From Tubiluchus corallicola (lineage: Eukaryota > Animalia > Priapulida), in assembly GCA_030141605.1 (NCBI GenBank), contig JAQGDQ010000506.1, positions 95,983 to 159,982 on the forward strand: DNA of 64,000 nucleotides, read 5' to 3'. A program made the position numbers and the translations under genes. This document shows positions 27,977 through 40,615 of this stretch, piece by piece (position 1 is the stretch's first letter; each line of letters opens with the position of its first letter). Under the pieces are notes generated by a model, which was given only the letters and a program-made list of their open reading frames with translations, was not told where the DNA came from and searched no databases.

Positions 27977-28055
<79 letters not shown>

Positions 28056-28237
28056 GCTTACTTACTACTTACCTACTTACTTACTTACTTACTTACTTGC
28101 TTACTTACTACTTACCTACTTACTAGCTTACTTACTTACCTACTTACTTACTTACTTACTGACTGACTGACTGACTGACTGACTGACTGACTGACTGACT
28201 GACTGACTGACTGACTGACTGACTGACTGACTGACTG

Positions 28238-28277
<40 letters not shown>

Positions 28278-28452
28278 TACTACCTACCTACCTACCTACC
28301 TACCTACCTACCTACCTACCTAACTACCTACCTACCTACTTACTTACTTACTTATTTACTTACTTACTCACTCACTCACTCACTCACTCACTCACTCACT
28401 CACTCACTCACTCACTCACTCACTCACTCACTCACTCACTCACTCACTCACT
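27958..28452. repeat. Compound tetranucleotide microsatellite (TTAC)/(TGAC)/(CTAC)/(TCAC)
   Basis: Directly visible; all blocks stay in register on a xxAC unit. Confidence 0.95.
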
Positions 28453-29220
28453 TATTTCGGCTTTGTTTTTGGAGAGGGGTAATTTGAAATTAGTGAAGGT
28501 ATTTCTAATCTAATTTTAAGATACCACCGGAGACACTATAAACCTAGTTTACATGTACACCCGGTAACTTAATACTGAGTTTGAATTACTGGAGGGTATA
28601 AAGAATAAGGGGTGAATTTAAACTGGTACGTCTGTGACTAAGGCAAGATCCGGAGCACGTATTTGCTGAGGAGGCCATTTTAATGCAGTTACGCCACTGG
28701 GTGTTTATGTAGCATAAATGTTGAAATGAAAAGCAGTGAAAAGAAACAGTCCCTTAAAAGCACGAAAATTATTACAGGGTATTTTTACTAGAAATGAGAA
28801 GGTGTTTAGCACAATATGCTAAATGAATAAATTGATATCAGAATGCGAGGTGAGTACAGTTACGGAATGGTTACGGAATGCGTGTCTAACGAGCAAAGTT
28901 AAGCAACGCCGCTAGTGGTCAGTATACAGACAGCGTGAAATGGGCTAACGTCGGACAATGAGCTTGGACTTTTTGTTAAAAATATCAAAGTCGTATATAA
29001 ACTATTGCTTTCTCTGTTTTCTTAATAAAGGAGGGGTAAGGTAGAGTCCACATTACTTTGATATTGCTAGTAAAAATCTCGCTTGTGCATGACATTTTAC
29101 TGGTGGTCACCAAGACTATTTTGGGGCAGTTATATCAACTATGTCGCCGAGCGTTTCAAATTCAATATTTCAAATTCTACGTTTTTGTTGGTTAGAGAGA
29201 TGAGAGCACGAGGTAAAGGT

Positions 29221-29387
29221 AGTGGAAGTGGTGCTGACGAGCCACTGGCGTAGCAGTGTCTAGTTTCTTGCTGGATTACTGCTGTGTTTACCTGTCTAAA
29301 GGCGGATTTCTTTTATTTTAGAATTCTGCCTGCCCACTGTCTACAATAGACGTGACGGGCGTATGATGATGATGATGATGATGATGG
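29221..29387 (+). mobile_element. Short (~165 bp) (GAT)n-tailed retroposon
   Basis: 13-bp TSD ACGAGGTAAAGGT (29208-29220) / ACGAGGTAAAAGT (29388-29400). The tail is GTCTACAATAGACGTGACGGGCGTAT(GAT)n. Confidence 0.8.
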
Positions 29388-29783
29388 ACGAGGTAAAAGT
29401 GCGCAATGTTTTGATCATCTTTTTTAAAATACCAAAATTTGCGAAATTAAAAGCCGAAAGATTAATCGGACAATAAAAGATGAACTAGAATATTCAGTCT
29501 GAAATAGTTTAATTTATGTCCGCTACAAACTATTCTGTCTCCGGACCAAAATAGATTCCGGTCCAACCACAATCATCTGCTGTGCTTGCAGAGCGCCGAA
29601 ATGTACAGAAATGAATCTCATACACAATCTCTGTGGCTCGAAGCGGGACAACATGGTTTTACGATTAAAATTTACGAAGCATTTTTTAATTTAAAAATTT
29701 GCAAGGTCACTCTTCAAAGCCTGACAAGCTTTACTTGCTGGCTGACACATGAACCAGAATCTATACTTGCGGGCAAACACCCT

Positions 29784-30215
29784 GGTTGGCATCCTTCTGT
29801 CTCTGAAGACAATGGAGTGTGCGCCAAGAGAGTCAGTTATTGATCACATTGATGGAGCTGCAGCGTCGACTGTGGCTGAGCAGTCCGATCCTTGAACCAC
29901 TGGACTGGCCTGTCCAGGGCGCACGCCTGGGCAAGCTGTACGGAGATCCTGGGTTGCCCATACCGCAGGAACCCCCTCTCTTCCTCCCTGGTGTAGTCCA
30001 AAGGAAAGCGATACGTTTGGCACCAGGTTGGCTGCAGGAGCTGCCGGAGTCAGTGAGCATGCTGCACTGGTCCGCCTTCGGGGCTCCACTCCTGATTTGG
30101 AAGGTTTACTCCTCTACACATGGCCGTCATCCATCCAAGTACTAACCAGGCTCTACGTTGCTTAACTTCGGTGATCAGACGAGAACCGGTGTTTTCAACG
30201 TGATTTGGCCGTAGT
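29784..30215 (-). mobile_element. 5S rRNA-derived SINE, internally deleted copy
   Basis: 5S head at 30125-30215; body shared with the other three copies; flanking AAACACCC direct repeats (29775-29782, 30222-30229). Confidence 0.9.
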
Positions 30216-30502
30216 GTAGGGAAACACCCAAACAATCGAATAAACTACGAAAAAAAATATCAAATTCCAGCAACTAACAGTGCGTAACAAACCGTAACGT
30301 TTCTCGTGGCATTTTCACCTGATGAGGTGACAAACCTCACAGAGAACGTTTCAATCAAGATTGTGTCTTGTGATCAGCTACGCGTTATGTACAATCATGA
30401 CCGTGAAAGCACTACCTTAGAATTTGCTAAGAAATTAGTTATATAACCAACATAATATCTCTAACAACAATATTATTTCCAGGATTTTGCTGACTTACTT
30501 CT

Positions 30503-30924
30503 CATCATCATCATACGCCCGTCACGTCTATTGTAGACATTGGGCAGGCAGAATTCTAAAATAAAAGAAATCTGCCTTCAGACAGGTAAAAGCAGCGCTG
30601 GACCTGGGTAGCAAATCGGTATACCACCGAGAAAATTCTCTCAGGCCGGATTTCATCTGTCAGACTGCTTCGAGGAAGGATGTATGTGCCTTCGAACTTT
30701 CTACGTTTTGAAAAAACAAAGTAATACAGGTCGCGACTGTTTGTGCATTTCCTAAATAATATGTGTAACATCATCATCATACGCCCGTCACGTCTATTGT
30801 AGATATTGGCAGGCAGAATTCTAAAATAAAAGAAATCTGCCTTCAGACAGGTAAACGCAGCAGTAATCCAGCAAAAAAACTAGACACTGCTACGCCACTG
30901 GTTTGTCAACACCACTTCCGTTAA
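30503..30924 (-). mobile_element. Composite two-tailed insertion of the (GAT)n retroposon
   Basis: Exact 12-bp TSD TGACTTACTTCT at 30491-30502 and 30925-30936 encloses a monomer (30769-30924), a ~180-bp linker and a second ~90-bp 3' end with tail. Confidence 0.75.
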
Positions 30925-31348
30925 TGACTTACTTCTAAACAACTTAAAATAATCAGCAAGACAAGTTTCCTCGCCCTTTTAATAATCGTATGGGTACCTT
31001 CGGTACTTTGTTTTTCGAAACTTGCTCGTCCATTTACCGTTTCTTCAAAATTCTTGCGTTGCGTCCGAACTGCATAATAAAAGTTCTCATGATGGCTAAA
31101 CAAAATTGGACGACCGGCTTATTATTTTAATTTTGTAAACTTCAGAATAAGGACTTTCCTGGACAGACTTCATGACCTTACTGAATGGTAACCAAGAAAC
31201 CGTTGCTACCAACACATCGAGGACGTCATTAAAAACGTCACGCAATTTAATACCAGCTTTGCCGTACTGGATATTTTAAAAGTAGTTTTATACCAAATGC
31301 ACTTTTTAATTATCAGTAAGTCCATTACTATTGCATACAGTATACATA

Positions 31349-31509
31349 TTAAGCGGAAGTGGTGCTGACAAGCCACTGGCGTAGCAGTGTCTAGTTTTTT
31401 TTGCTGGATTACTGCTGCGTTTACCTGTCTGAAGGCAGATTTCTTTTATTTTAGAATTCTGCCTGCCCAATGTCTACAATAGACGTGACGGGCGTATGAT
31501 GATGATGAT
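31349..31509 (+). mobile_element. Short (GAT)n-tailed retroposon, another monomer
   Basis: Near-identical to 29221-29387 with the same 5' start (AGCGGAAGTGGTGCTGAC). No clear TSD. Confidence 0.8.
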
Positions 31510-33191
31510 ACTAGCCTAAAAACGTTTGAGACGAAGTCCCTCCATAGTTGACATTTAGGCTGCTGTTGTTGTTGTTATCATCGTCGTCGTCGTTGTCGTC
31601 GTCGTCGTCATCGTCATCGTCGTCGCTGTCGCTGCTCTTATTGTTGCTGATGTTTCTGCCGTTACTGCTGCTGCTTTGCGAGTGCTGCTACTCTTGCTAG
31701 CGCTAATATTATTATTTTGATAGGTGGCTAAATACAAGAATAATAGTTAAGACATTAAGTAAATTTTCAAAATTACGATATAGTTAACACTGTTTAATGA
31801 CAAAATATTGCAACTCATAAAGTACGGATTAATTTCACAGACTAGAATCACTAGATCAACTGTAAATTTTTGCTTTATGGCAATAGTAGCAACAACCCTA
31901 CATGCAAACGAGCAATGAGCACTGGAAACAAAACTGTTAACTTTTTGCTTATGTAAAGAAACCTCTAACACGACTATTCATTTTATTAAGCAATCATTAA
32001 ACATGCAGTTGTTGGGCTATGCATCCAAAATATAGGCCTGTACACAAATATTGTTTCCTGGCAAGCCTATGTTAAACCTCTACCGGTCCTGTTCTGCATC
32101 ACCACTGAGAAATTAGTTAGTCTTGGAAAAGGAAAAGGAAAACCTAGTGACGTAACAACTTATCTGGGTTGATACCTCAAACAGCAACAGCATTTGACCT
32201 GACATCACTTTATTTTGGATTCGAATCCAAATTGACATACTGTTTTCCAGCACCTTACTTTTTCATTTAATCAGCCATGTTTTAATTGTTTTAACATGTT
32301 ATTAAAATAACACATAAACCGATGCGTTTACTAATTTTGGCTACTCGCAGTCAAAAATACTCAAGAGAAATAAATGTGATTACGGTTAACAATGCAAACG
32401 ATAAAAATAAAAATTAATTATAGAAAAATAATCCACACTATTCAGTTCAATGTTTACTCAAAACTTTATCACAAGACTAATGCAGTTTGTAAAACAATCC
32501 CTCATGTCAGTGAGAAAAAGGTGTTGTTTTTTAATGCTAAAAAAATTATTAAATACATGAAAGAGCCACCCTCTAAAATTTTGCTCAACAAACTTGCTAA
32601 AGCAAAGGAACTTCGGAAAGGCTCGATGATCTATATATACTTAAAAACATCTGGTTTTGGGTATGCAAAATGTTTATGACCGAATCTTGAACGATCCTTG
32701 AATTATGGTAAGCCATGCTGGAGGTGCAAATGTTTTAGTCCATTACCCCTTCCCAAGGTAGTATATGCATTAGATGTCACAATATATTAGACTGTAGCTC
32801 AACAAGCTAGACTACTTTTTCTACTCTGACATTGTATAGGTGGAACTTGTTATGTACACACGTCTCTGTTACATTTAAAATTTGACTTATATTATACTGC
32901 TACCTTTTACTGACATTCCGGCTTCTTCTCGACTCAATATTGGACCAACAATGTATGTATGCATTTTAGCTTTTTAGTGTAACGTAGTGATCTGTAGCCC
33001 TTATTTTTCTAGCACTTATTTCAGTAGTTTTGTAGAGGTAGTAATTGTAGACTACAGAAAATTTGTACTTTTTGCAGAATAAACTAACATAGATATGGGA
33101 ACGCCAGAACTAATAACTAAAATCTGTCGTTGAGTTAAGGCCAGCTAATATGATTAACTCATTTGTACCAATGTGTCCCATGTACCCATAA

Positions 33192-33680
33192 CTACGGCCA
33201 AATCACGTTGAAAACACCGGTTCTCGTCTGATCACCGAAGTTAAGCAACGTAGAGCCTGGTTAGTACTTGGATGGGTGACCGCCGAATACCAGGTGCTGT
33301 AGGCTTGCGGGGCGCTGTATCTCGACACTAGGCGGAGGAGCTGCACAAGCAGCCAATGGCTAGAGGGCGGAGGAGGTCTAGTGACCCAATGGCCATGTGT
33401 AGAGGAGTAAACCTTCTAAATCAGGAGTGGAGCTCCGAAGGCGGACCGGTGCAGCATGCTCACTGACTCCGGCAGCTCCTGCAGTCAACCTGGTGCCAAA
33501 CGTATCGTCCCGCTTTCCTTTTTACTACACCAGCGAGGAAGAGAGGGGGTTCCTGTTGTCTGGGCAACTCAGGGTCTCCATACACCTTGCCCACCAGGCG
33601 TGCGCCCTGGAGACGTTCAAGGATCGGACTCTCTTGGCGCACATTCCATTGTCTTCCGAAACAGAAGGATGCCAACAACA
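33192..33680 (+). mobile_element. 5S rRNA-derived SINE with near full-length 5S head
   Basis: CTACGGCCAAATCACGTTGAAAACACCGGTTCTCGTCTGATCACCGAAGTTAAGCAACG...GGATGGGTGACCGCC...GTGCTGTAGGCTT has no T-run terminator and runs into a ~370-bp body with a (CAA)n-like end. Confidence 0.92.
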
Positions 33681-34967
33681 AGTAGGTTTGGGTTTAACAT
33701 TATGAAAAACTATCGCAAGCAAGCTGTGGTCGGTCTTTTAGAACCTGCATGCACAAAAGCTAATACGGCCGTAACGTGAGGTAGTAACATTGATATATTA
33801 CATGTGCGCAATAAATTAATGAATGAGATTAGTTTGGCCATATTGTATAACACCAACTTTTAGGATATTTTGTCTTACAAGACTATTTTCAAAGACGTAT
33901 GTGACAATATTAGCCTTATTGCAGCTGTACTTGTAGTAGCAGTAAGTTGAAAGTGTTGCAGTAATTAATTCAGTTTCATATCATTTGGGTGTAAACGTCC
34001 TTATGTATATACGCGAGTTGCAAAACTTTTCATAATTTACCATTTAGATGCTTCTTAGGCAACCAGATTAATTGAAACAATGTTGTAAATAGTACAATTT
34101 TATGTAAGCGGGACATTGCTAACAGCATACACCAGCTCAGAAAACATACAAGGTTTCATTAATTCGGATACGTAGAAAACCTAATTAAGTAACGGTTAAA
34201 CTTTAGTGATTTTCTAAACTTAAATCAATTAGCGGTGGGTTAAACGTTTAAACTGTTAACCATCTCAGCCTTACTTATTGCTAATTACTCTTAACAAACA
34301 ATCAGCTGGGATCATATCATCATTGCAGGGTGTAAACACGTGAGTTTTCTTTTGTTTGTTTTTGTCTAACAAAGTTATTTTCAAAGTTGTTAGCTCTAAT
34401 ACAGCCATACCTTTTGTAGTACAAACCGTTCTAATGCAAATCAAGAAGATTCTCGTATTTTCTCCTCGAAAGCCATTATGAATTAATGAAGCCCCATTAC
34501 GGAACGCATCAGTGTCATTCCTTTAGCATCAGATTTTATTGCTCAAGTTAATCTGAAATGCTAATGAGATTTAAGTCCCCAAAATGTTGCACGGAAATCA
34601 AGTAAATCACCTGTTTTTCTCCCAAAGCCATTATGCATAATTGCGCCCATTACGAAACGCAGTGTGCTCAGCTTCTTCATCGCCAGATTTTACCAGTAAA
34701 TCAAAAGTATGAAGAAATCAAGTCCCCAAAAAGATAACTTACATAAAAAATCAGAACATTTTATCGAGCCAGTGAAAATACTCAAGGGTTAAAATCCACT
34801 TTTTGGGGTTCGTAAGGGCATTTAGAAGTAAACATCACTTTGGTCCGTAAATCTAGAATTTAGCAGCACCATGTCCAAAAGAAATACGAATGTGTCAAAA
34901 AGAAATACGAATGACCAAGTTGCCATTTTAACCCTCGATTAAAATATAATTTGAATTTGGTGTTATC

Positions 34968-35495
34968 TATTATTACTGTTATTGTTGTTGTTATTGCTGT
35001 TGCTGTTGCTATTGCTGTTGTTATTGCTGTTGCTATTGCTGTTGCTATTGCTGCTGCTGTTGTTGTTTTTATTTTTGTTGTCGTCGTCGTCGTCGTCGTC
35101 GTCGTCGTTGTTGTTGTTATTGCTGCTGCTGTTGCTGTTGTTTTTATTTTTGTTGTCGTTGTCGTTGTCGTCGTCGTCATTGTTGTTGTTGTTGCTGTTG
35201 TTGTTGTTGTTGTTTTTGTTGTTTTTATTTTTGATGTTGTAGTCGTTGTCGTCGTCGTCGTCCTCGTCGCTGTTGTTGTTGTTGCTGTTGCTGTTACTAT
35301 TGCTGTTGCTATTGCTGCTGTTGTTGTTGCTGTTGCTATTGCTGCTGTTGTTGTTGCTGTTGCTATTGCTATTACTATTGCTGCTGCTATCGCAGTTGCT
35401 GTTGTTGTTTTTGTTGTTTTTATTTTTGTTGTTATTGTCGTTGTCGTTGTCGTCGTCGTCGTCGTTGATGTTGTTGTTGCTGCTGTTGCTGTTGC

Positions 35496-35544
<49 letters not shown>

Positions 35545-35572
35545 ATTGTTGTTGTTGTTGTCATCTGTTGTT
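34968..35572. repeat. Degenerate (GTT/GCT/GTC)n trinucleotide tract
   Basis: Directly visible; source of the poly-T/V/N/L ORFs. Confidence 0.95.
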
Positions 35573-36083
35573 GTAGACAAATAGCTAAGTCTATTTTAGA
35601 CGTGCGTAGGCACAAAGCTGTTCTGTCTGTTATCAAGATGTCGGGAACGCCTTTAGTAGTTTACGTATATCCCAGTGAAAATAAATATTTACTTAAATCT
35701 GATTGCTCCTGTTTCTGCGATACCAAGAGGCTTGTTGGTAATGCTTGTTGATGGTCTTTGAAGAAATAGGGTTTCTTATTCCAAAAAAGACAGGCAAATC
35801 AAGCAGATTTTCTTGTTTTCTCCTCCTCGTTATGTATAACAGAGATAATATATGGAAAAGTATTCAAAAAAAGAGTCAGCCTCCTTTGTTGCTGGTAAAC
35901 TGGTAAATCCTGAGATTTAAATTGCCCTTGATAATTCATTGGTAAATCGGAAATACCAATAAGACTCAAACTCAGAAACGATTAGCATCATAAACCCTAT
36001 TTAAATAAATAAAATTTAACCAAAGTACGAGAATTGTAACATACGTATTTGTGGGCCAAGCTGAGCAAGCACTTCAGGTGCGT

Positions 36084-36730
36084 CTATGAACTATGAACTA
36101 TGAATTTATTTTCACACATCAAAAAATACAATATCAAACACATTAATAAACTTTAAATAAAATGATTTGAGTAGTGCGAGGTGAGTGTACGACCATACGG
36201 TCATTAACACACCCACCTTACTTAAATGAAAAAATGATTATAGTTATGCATGCTTCTGTAGATAACTCAATTTAATTAAGGATGAAGTAAATGATGTAAC
36301 AAATGGGCTATGGTGAGGGGGGGGGGCAAATTATAAGAATATTAGTGATTGTTTCGCAAAATTAATGTTACAATAATATATTAAAAAATTTTTGTATCAC
36401 TGGTATTTGGTGGTTATAAACTAAGAGCATTTTCCAAGTGGAAACAGCTATAGATATTGGCTGCGATGAATGAGTAATTTCATTTTAATTGATTTATACC
36501 TTTTATTAATAAAGTAACAAAGGTCGTAAAGATACCTATTTGTAAAAGAAAAACATTAGTGCAAAAAGACACACGTGCACAAAAAAGAGAAAAAAACTCT
36601 GGTTTTCTACGCCATTGAATATTTAGTAAGTAAAAATATCTTATATTGTTTGGTAGCTATTTTTAAAGAAGGAGAGGAAATGATTGTATTGGGTACACTA
36701 TTCCACAAAATAACTCCGTTGTTCATCATT
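36084..36730 (-). mobile_element. 3' fragment of a CR1/L2-group LINE
   Basis: Minus frame NGVILWNSVPNTIISSPSLKIATKQYKIFLL is a typical ORF2 end. A GACC-ATAC-GGTC stem-loop, AATAAA and (TTCATAG)3 tail follow. Confidence 0.7.
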
Positions 36731-36864
36731 CCGCATTATTATAGACTAAAACTATCGGACGAGAAATCTAACTTGATTCGATGCATAACAACTTAATCTT
36801 ATAAAGCTGATAGTAGTAGCAGCTTCGATAACATTTTTGCAATGAATGTAGCCAAAGCATCAGA

Positions 36865-37562
36865 ATAAGAACACACCGCATCCACTGCGTTCCCTCAAAA
36901 TAAGAACACACCGCATCCACTGCGTTCTCTCAAAATAAGAACACACCGCATCCACTGCGTTCTCTCAAAATAAGAACACACAGCATCCACTGCGTTCTCT
37001 CAAAATAAGAACACACCGCATCCACTGCGTTCCCTCAAAATAAGAACACACCGCATCCACTGCATTCTCTCAAAATAAGAACACACCGCATCCACTGCAT
37101 TCTCTCCTAAAATAAGAACACACCGCATCCACTGCATTCTCTCAAAATAAGAACACACCGCATCCACTGCGTTCTCTCAAAATAAGAACACACCGCATCC
37201 ACTGCGTTCTCTCAAAATAAGAACACACCACATCCACTGCATTCTCTCAAAATAAGAACACACCGCATCCACTGCGTTCTCTCAAAATAAGAACACACCG
37301 CATCCACTGTATTCTCTCAAAATAAGAACACACCGCATCCACTGCGTTCTCTCAAAATAAGAACACACCGCATCCACTGCATTCTCTCAAAATAAGAACA
37401 CACCGCATCCACTGCGTTCTCTCAAAATAAGAACACACCGCATCCACTGCATTCTCTCAAAATAAGAACACACCGCATCCACTGCGTTCTCTCAAAATAA
37501 GAACACACCGCATCCACTGCATTCTCTCAAAATAAGAACACACCGCATCCACTGCGTTCTCT
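36865..37562. repeat. 35-bp minisatellite (AAAATAAGAACACACCGCATCCACTGCRTTCTCTC), ~20 copies
   Basis: Directly visible and highly homogeneous. Confidence 0.97.
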
Positions 37563-38213
37563 AGTCACTCCTGAATAATCATTTTTGCGGCTGCTTAAAG
37601 AGGAATTTTAAAATATATTCTAAAGAACTTTCCATACAAAGTTATAATTTATACATTATAATATATACATTACTTAACATTACGCTTGCCAGTTTGAGAG
37701 ATTCGTGCAAATGAAAAAGAAAATTCTTGATGCCTAAAGTACTCGCGCCACTTTGTAAAACCCACTGAATCCCTATCCCAGTGTGCACCAGTGATTCACC
37801 AAAAACATGTTACTGATTTCATTTGACAATACAAAGTGATTTGAACTTTTCCTTAGTTGACGAAGACGAGCTACGCCCATGTTCTGAATATTTTTTCAAA
37901 CTTTGGGAAATGTTATTTAACTTATTTCAAAAAACTTCTCGTTAAAATGGCTGCACCTTACGGACATCACAGGAGTTTAAGTTTTCAGCGTTACACTGCT
38001 AACGCAGTCCTGTGTGCAATAAGACAGCATGTAATGGATATGAATTCCAATAAAAAAATTTCAAGCTTTTTTTTTCTAAAAAGTGTTTTCTGGTGCCTGA
38101 AAACAAACTTCGTATTACTAGGAAAAGACGTGTTACCACGACAATAGTTTTTTATGTGTAGCTCGGTACACTACAGGGCGATATCTAGTAATGCCAGGAC
38201 TTATTTATTATTC

Positions 38214-38764
38214 CATATCACGTTGAAAACACCGGTTCTCGCCTGATCACCGAAGTTAAGCAACGTAGAGCCTGGTTAGTACTTGGATGAGTGACCGCCT
38301 AGGAATACCAGGAGTTGTAGGTTTGTGGGATGCCACACTGTATCTCGACACTAGGCGGAGGAGATGCACAAGCAGCCAACGGCTAGAGGGCGGAGGAGGT
38401 CAAGTGACCCAACGGCCATGTGTAGAGGAGTAAACCTTCCAAATCAGGAGTGGAGCCCTGAAGGTGGACCAGTGCAGCATGCTCACTGACTCCGACAGTT
38501 CCTGCAGCCAACCTGGTGCCAAACGTATCACTCCGCTTTCTTTTGGACTACACCAGGAAGAAAGAGAGGGGGTTCCTGTTGTCTGAGCAACTCAGGATCT
38601 CCATACACCTTGCCCAGGCGTGCGCCCTGGAGAGGCCATTCCAGTGGTTCAAGGATCGCACTGCTAAGTCACAGTCGACGCTGCAGCTCCATCAATGTGA
38701 TCAATAACTGATTCTCTTGGCGCACACTCCATTGTCTTCCGAGGCAGAAGGATGCCAACCACAA
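38214..38764 (+). mobile_element. 5S rRNA-derived SINE, most complete body
   Basis: 11-bp TSD ATTTATTATTC (38203-38213, 38765-38775); 5S head plus full body and RTE-like tail. Confidence 0.92.
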
Positions 38765-39732
38765 ATTTATTATTCTAATAGTAGCTCCACCGAAGCCTAA
38801 ATTATTGTCAAGATGAAACCACTCAGGTGAGAAGGCTGCAGTTCACCTGCAATTCACATGCGAAGTGTTTGTTCTTTACTACAGTTCAGGTGTCTAGAGG
38901 ATGGAATATGTTAAGCGACACCACGACGCAAGCACAGCTTCTTCCTGTTGAAATTTAGCTTTCTCAAGCATGCGAAAAAGACATTGTTAATGAAATTGTG
39001 AATAATTGTTAATGAAAAAATCATGTTAATGGTTGAGAAAGATGAGTTAATATGACCGTAACGAATCTGTAGTGAGAAAAGAAATATTGTAATATAACAC
39101 TGTAACTATCTCACAGTATTCACCTCGTGGGGATACTATAAAAAGTGCAATATCAGTAAATCAAGACATAACTAATTCATTGACAAGTAGAATTTAACGA
39201 CACAATTTAGCGAAGCGATTACTGACTAGATGTCACAATTAATAAAATATTCATGACTGATAAGGTAATTAAATGGTCATAAAACATTTAGTTATCAAAG
39301 CGACAAAACGAATTGATAACCATGTGTATCGTAGATTTGTGACTAGCTCCATTATATAGAAAAAGAGCTAAATTACAATATAAATTACAAAGAAAATCAA
39401 TTTTGCTGAAGTTATTACATGTATATAATAACTTCAGCTCCAGAATACGGTAAATTTTCTTTTATATAAAACAAACAAGCAGTTCGTTAATTGATTAGTT
39501 CAGCAGTTATCAGGAATTTTTCCAAATTGTTAGCTAAAATAAAATGAGAATTACCATGTTGTTCATATTTGATGCAAAACGTGCAAAAAATTTTCTCCAC
39601 CGATGACTTCTGGCTTCCTTCGGGCTACTTCTTGCTGCGTCGTCTCAAGCAAATTCCACGCATTAATTCTCAAGCAAATGACACTTTAATTAACACATTT
39701 TATGGCAAAATGTAGATGTACTTTAGAAAAAA

Positions 39733-40025
39733 ATGACGATGATGATGGTGGTGGTGGCGGTGGTGGTGGTGGTGATGATGGTGGTGGTGGTGGTGGTGGT
39801 GGTGGTGGTGGTGATGGTGATGGTGATGGTGGTGGTGGTGTTGGTGTTGGTGGTGGTGGTGGTAGTGGTGGTGGCGCTGGTGGTGGTGGTGGTGGTGGTG
39901 ATGGTGGTGGTGGTGGTGGTGTTGATGGTGATGGTGATGGTAATAATCGTAGCGGTGGCGTCGGTGGTCATCGTGATGATGATGATGGTGGTGGTGATGA
40001 TGATGATGATGATGACGGTGATGAA
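39733..40025. repeat. (GGT/GAT)n microsatellite
   Basis: Directly visible. Confidence 0.95.
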
Positions 40026-40615
40026 TGAAGAGCATGCCGGTGCTGGAAGTGATGGTGAAGATCATACCAAAAAGGCTAAAGTTTACAATACCCAAACACA
40101 CAAGAAATTACTTCGTGAAGCTGATTAGGATTAGGGTTGGGGTTAGGGTCAGAAATAAGGTTGGGTTAGCGTTAGAGTTAGTGCTAGGGTTAGGGTCGGG
40201 GAGTTGTAAGCTCCCTCCCAAAAAAAAATAATACCTGGTTCAGATGATCTTTGATATTCTAGTTAAGAATCGAAGTCAGTCAAGCTCCACGCTTTGAGAG
40301 TTACGCAGCAATTACAGAATTCCTGATTCCTCATTCCATTATTCATTCCACGCTGTAAAATAATTCAAATGTTTACATTAAAGCAAAAATTTACATTTTA
40401 GTGTTTTTATATTCTACAGTTCATTGGCTAACAGCTAAATCAATGTTACTTTTGCATAAGTTTTGCCAAAGCACCAAAAAATTACAGTTCACCGCAATCT
40501 GGCGCCTGCAAATCAAAATGTTGGATCACGTCACTGTTGCTGTCTTAGTACGTAATTAGTTATGACGTCACTTCAGCATAAATCTTATAAAAAGAAGCAT
40601 GCGATGCATTTTAAC

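Noticed and set aside
28880-28930. 5S-like fragment AAGTTAAGCAACG...GGTCAGTA
   Set aside because: Too short and degenerate to call; possibly an old SINE remnant.
30294-30352. Hammerhead-ribozyme-like motif CTGATGA-GGTGA...TCAC-AGAGAA-CGTT
   Set aside because: The required GAAA is disrupted and stem I/NUH geometry is not convincing. At best a decayed remnant; an Infernal search would settle it.
30769-31509. Single MITE with ~160-bp TIRs ending in (ATC)n/(GAT)n
   Set aside because: The arms are separate retroposon copies: one monomer has its own 13-bp TSD, and the left arm lies within a different 12-bp TSD.
33192-33306. Functional 5S rRNA gene
   Set aside because: No oligo-T terminator, a small deletion near the 3' end, always fused to the same body, and sister copies have TSDs. 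It is a SINE head.
34860-35751. Long low-complexity ORFs here and at 3820-4278, 9876-10606, 23972-24309, 39700-40128, 46330-47013, 49355-50311 and 61698-62016
   Set aside because: They are translations of micro- and minisatellites, with no splice or domain support.
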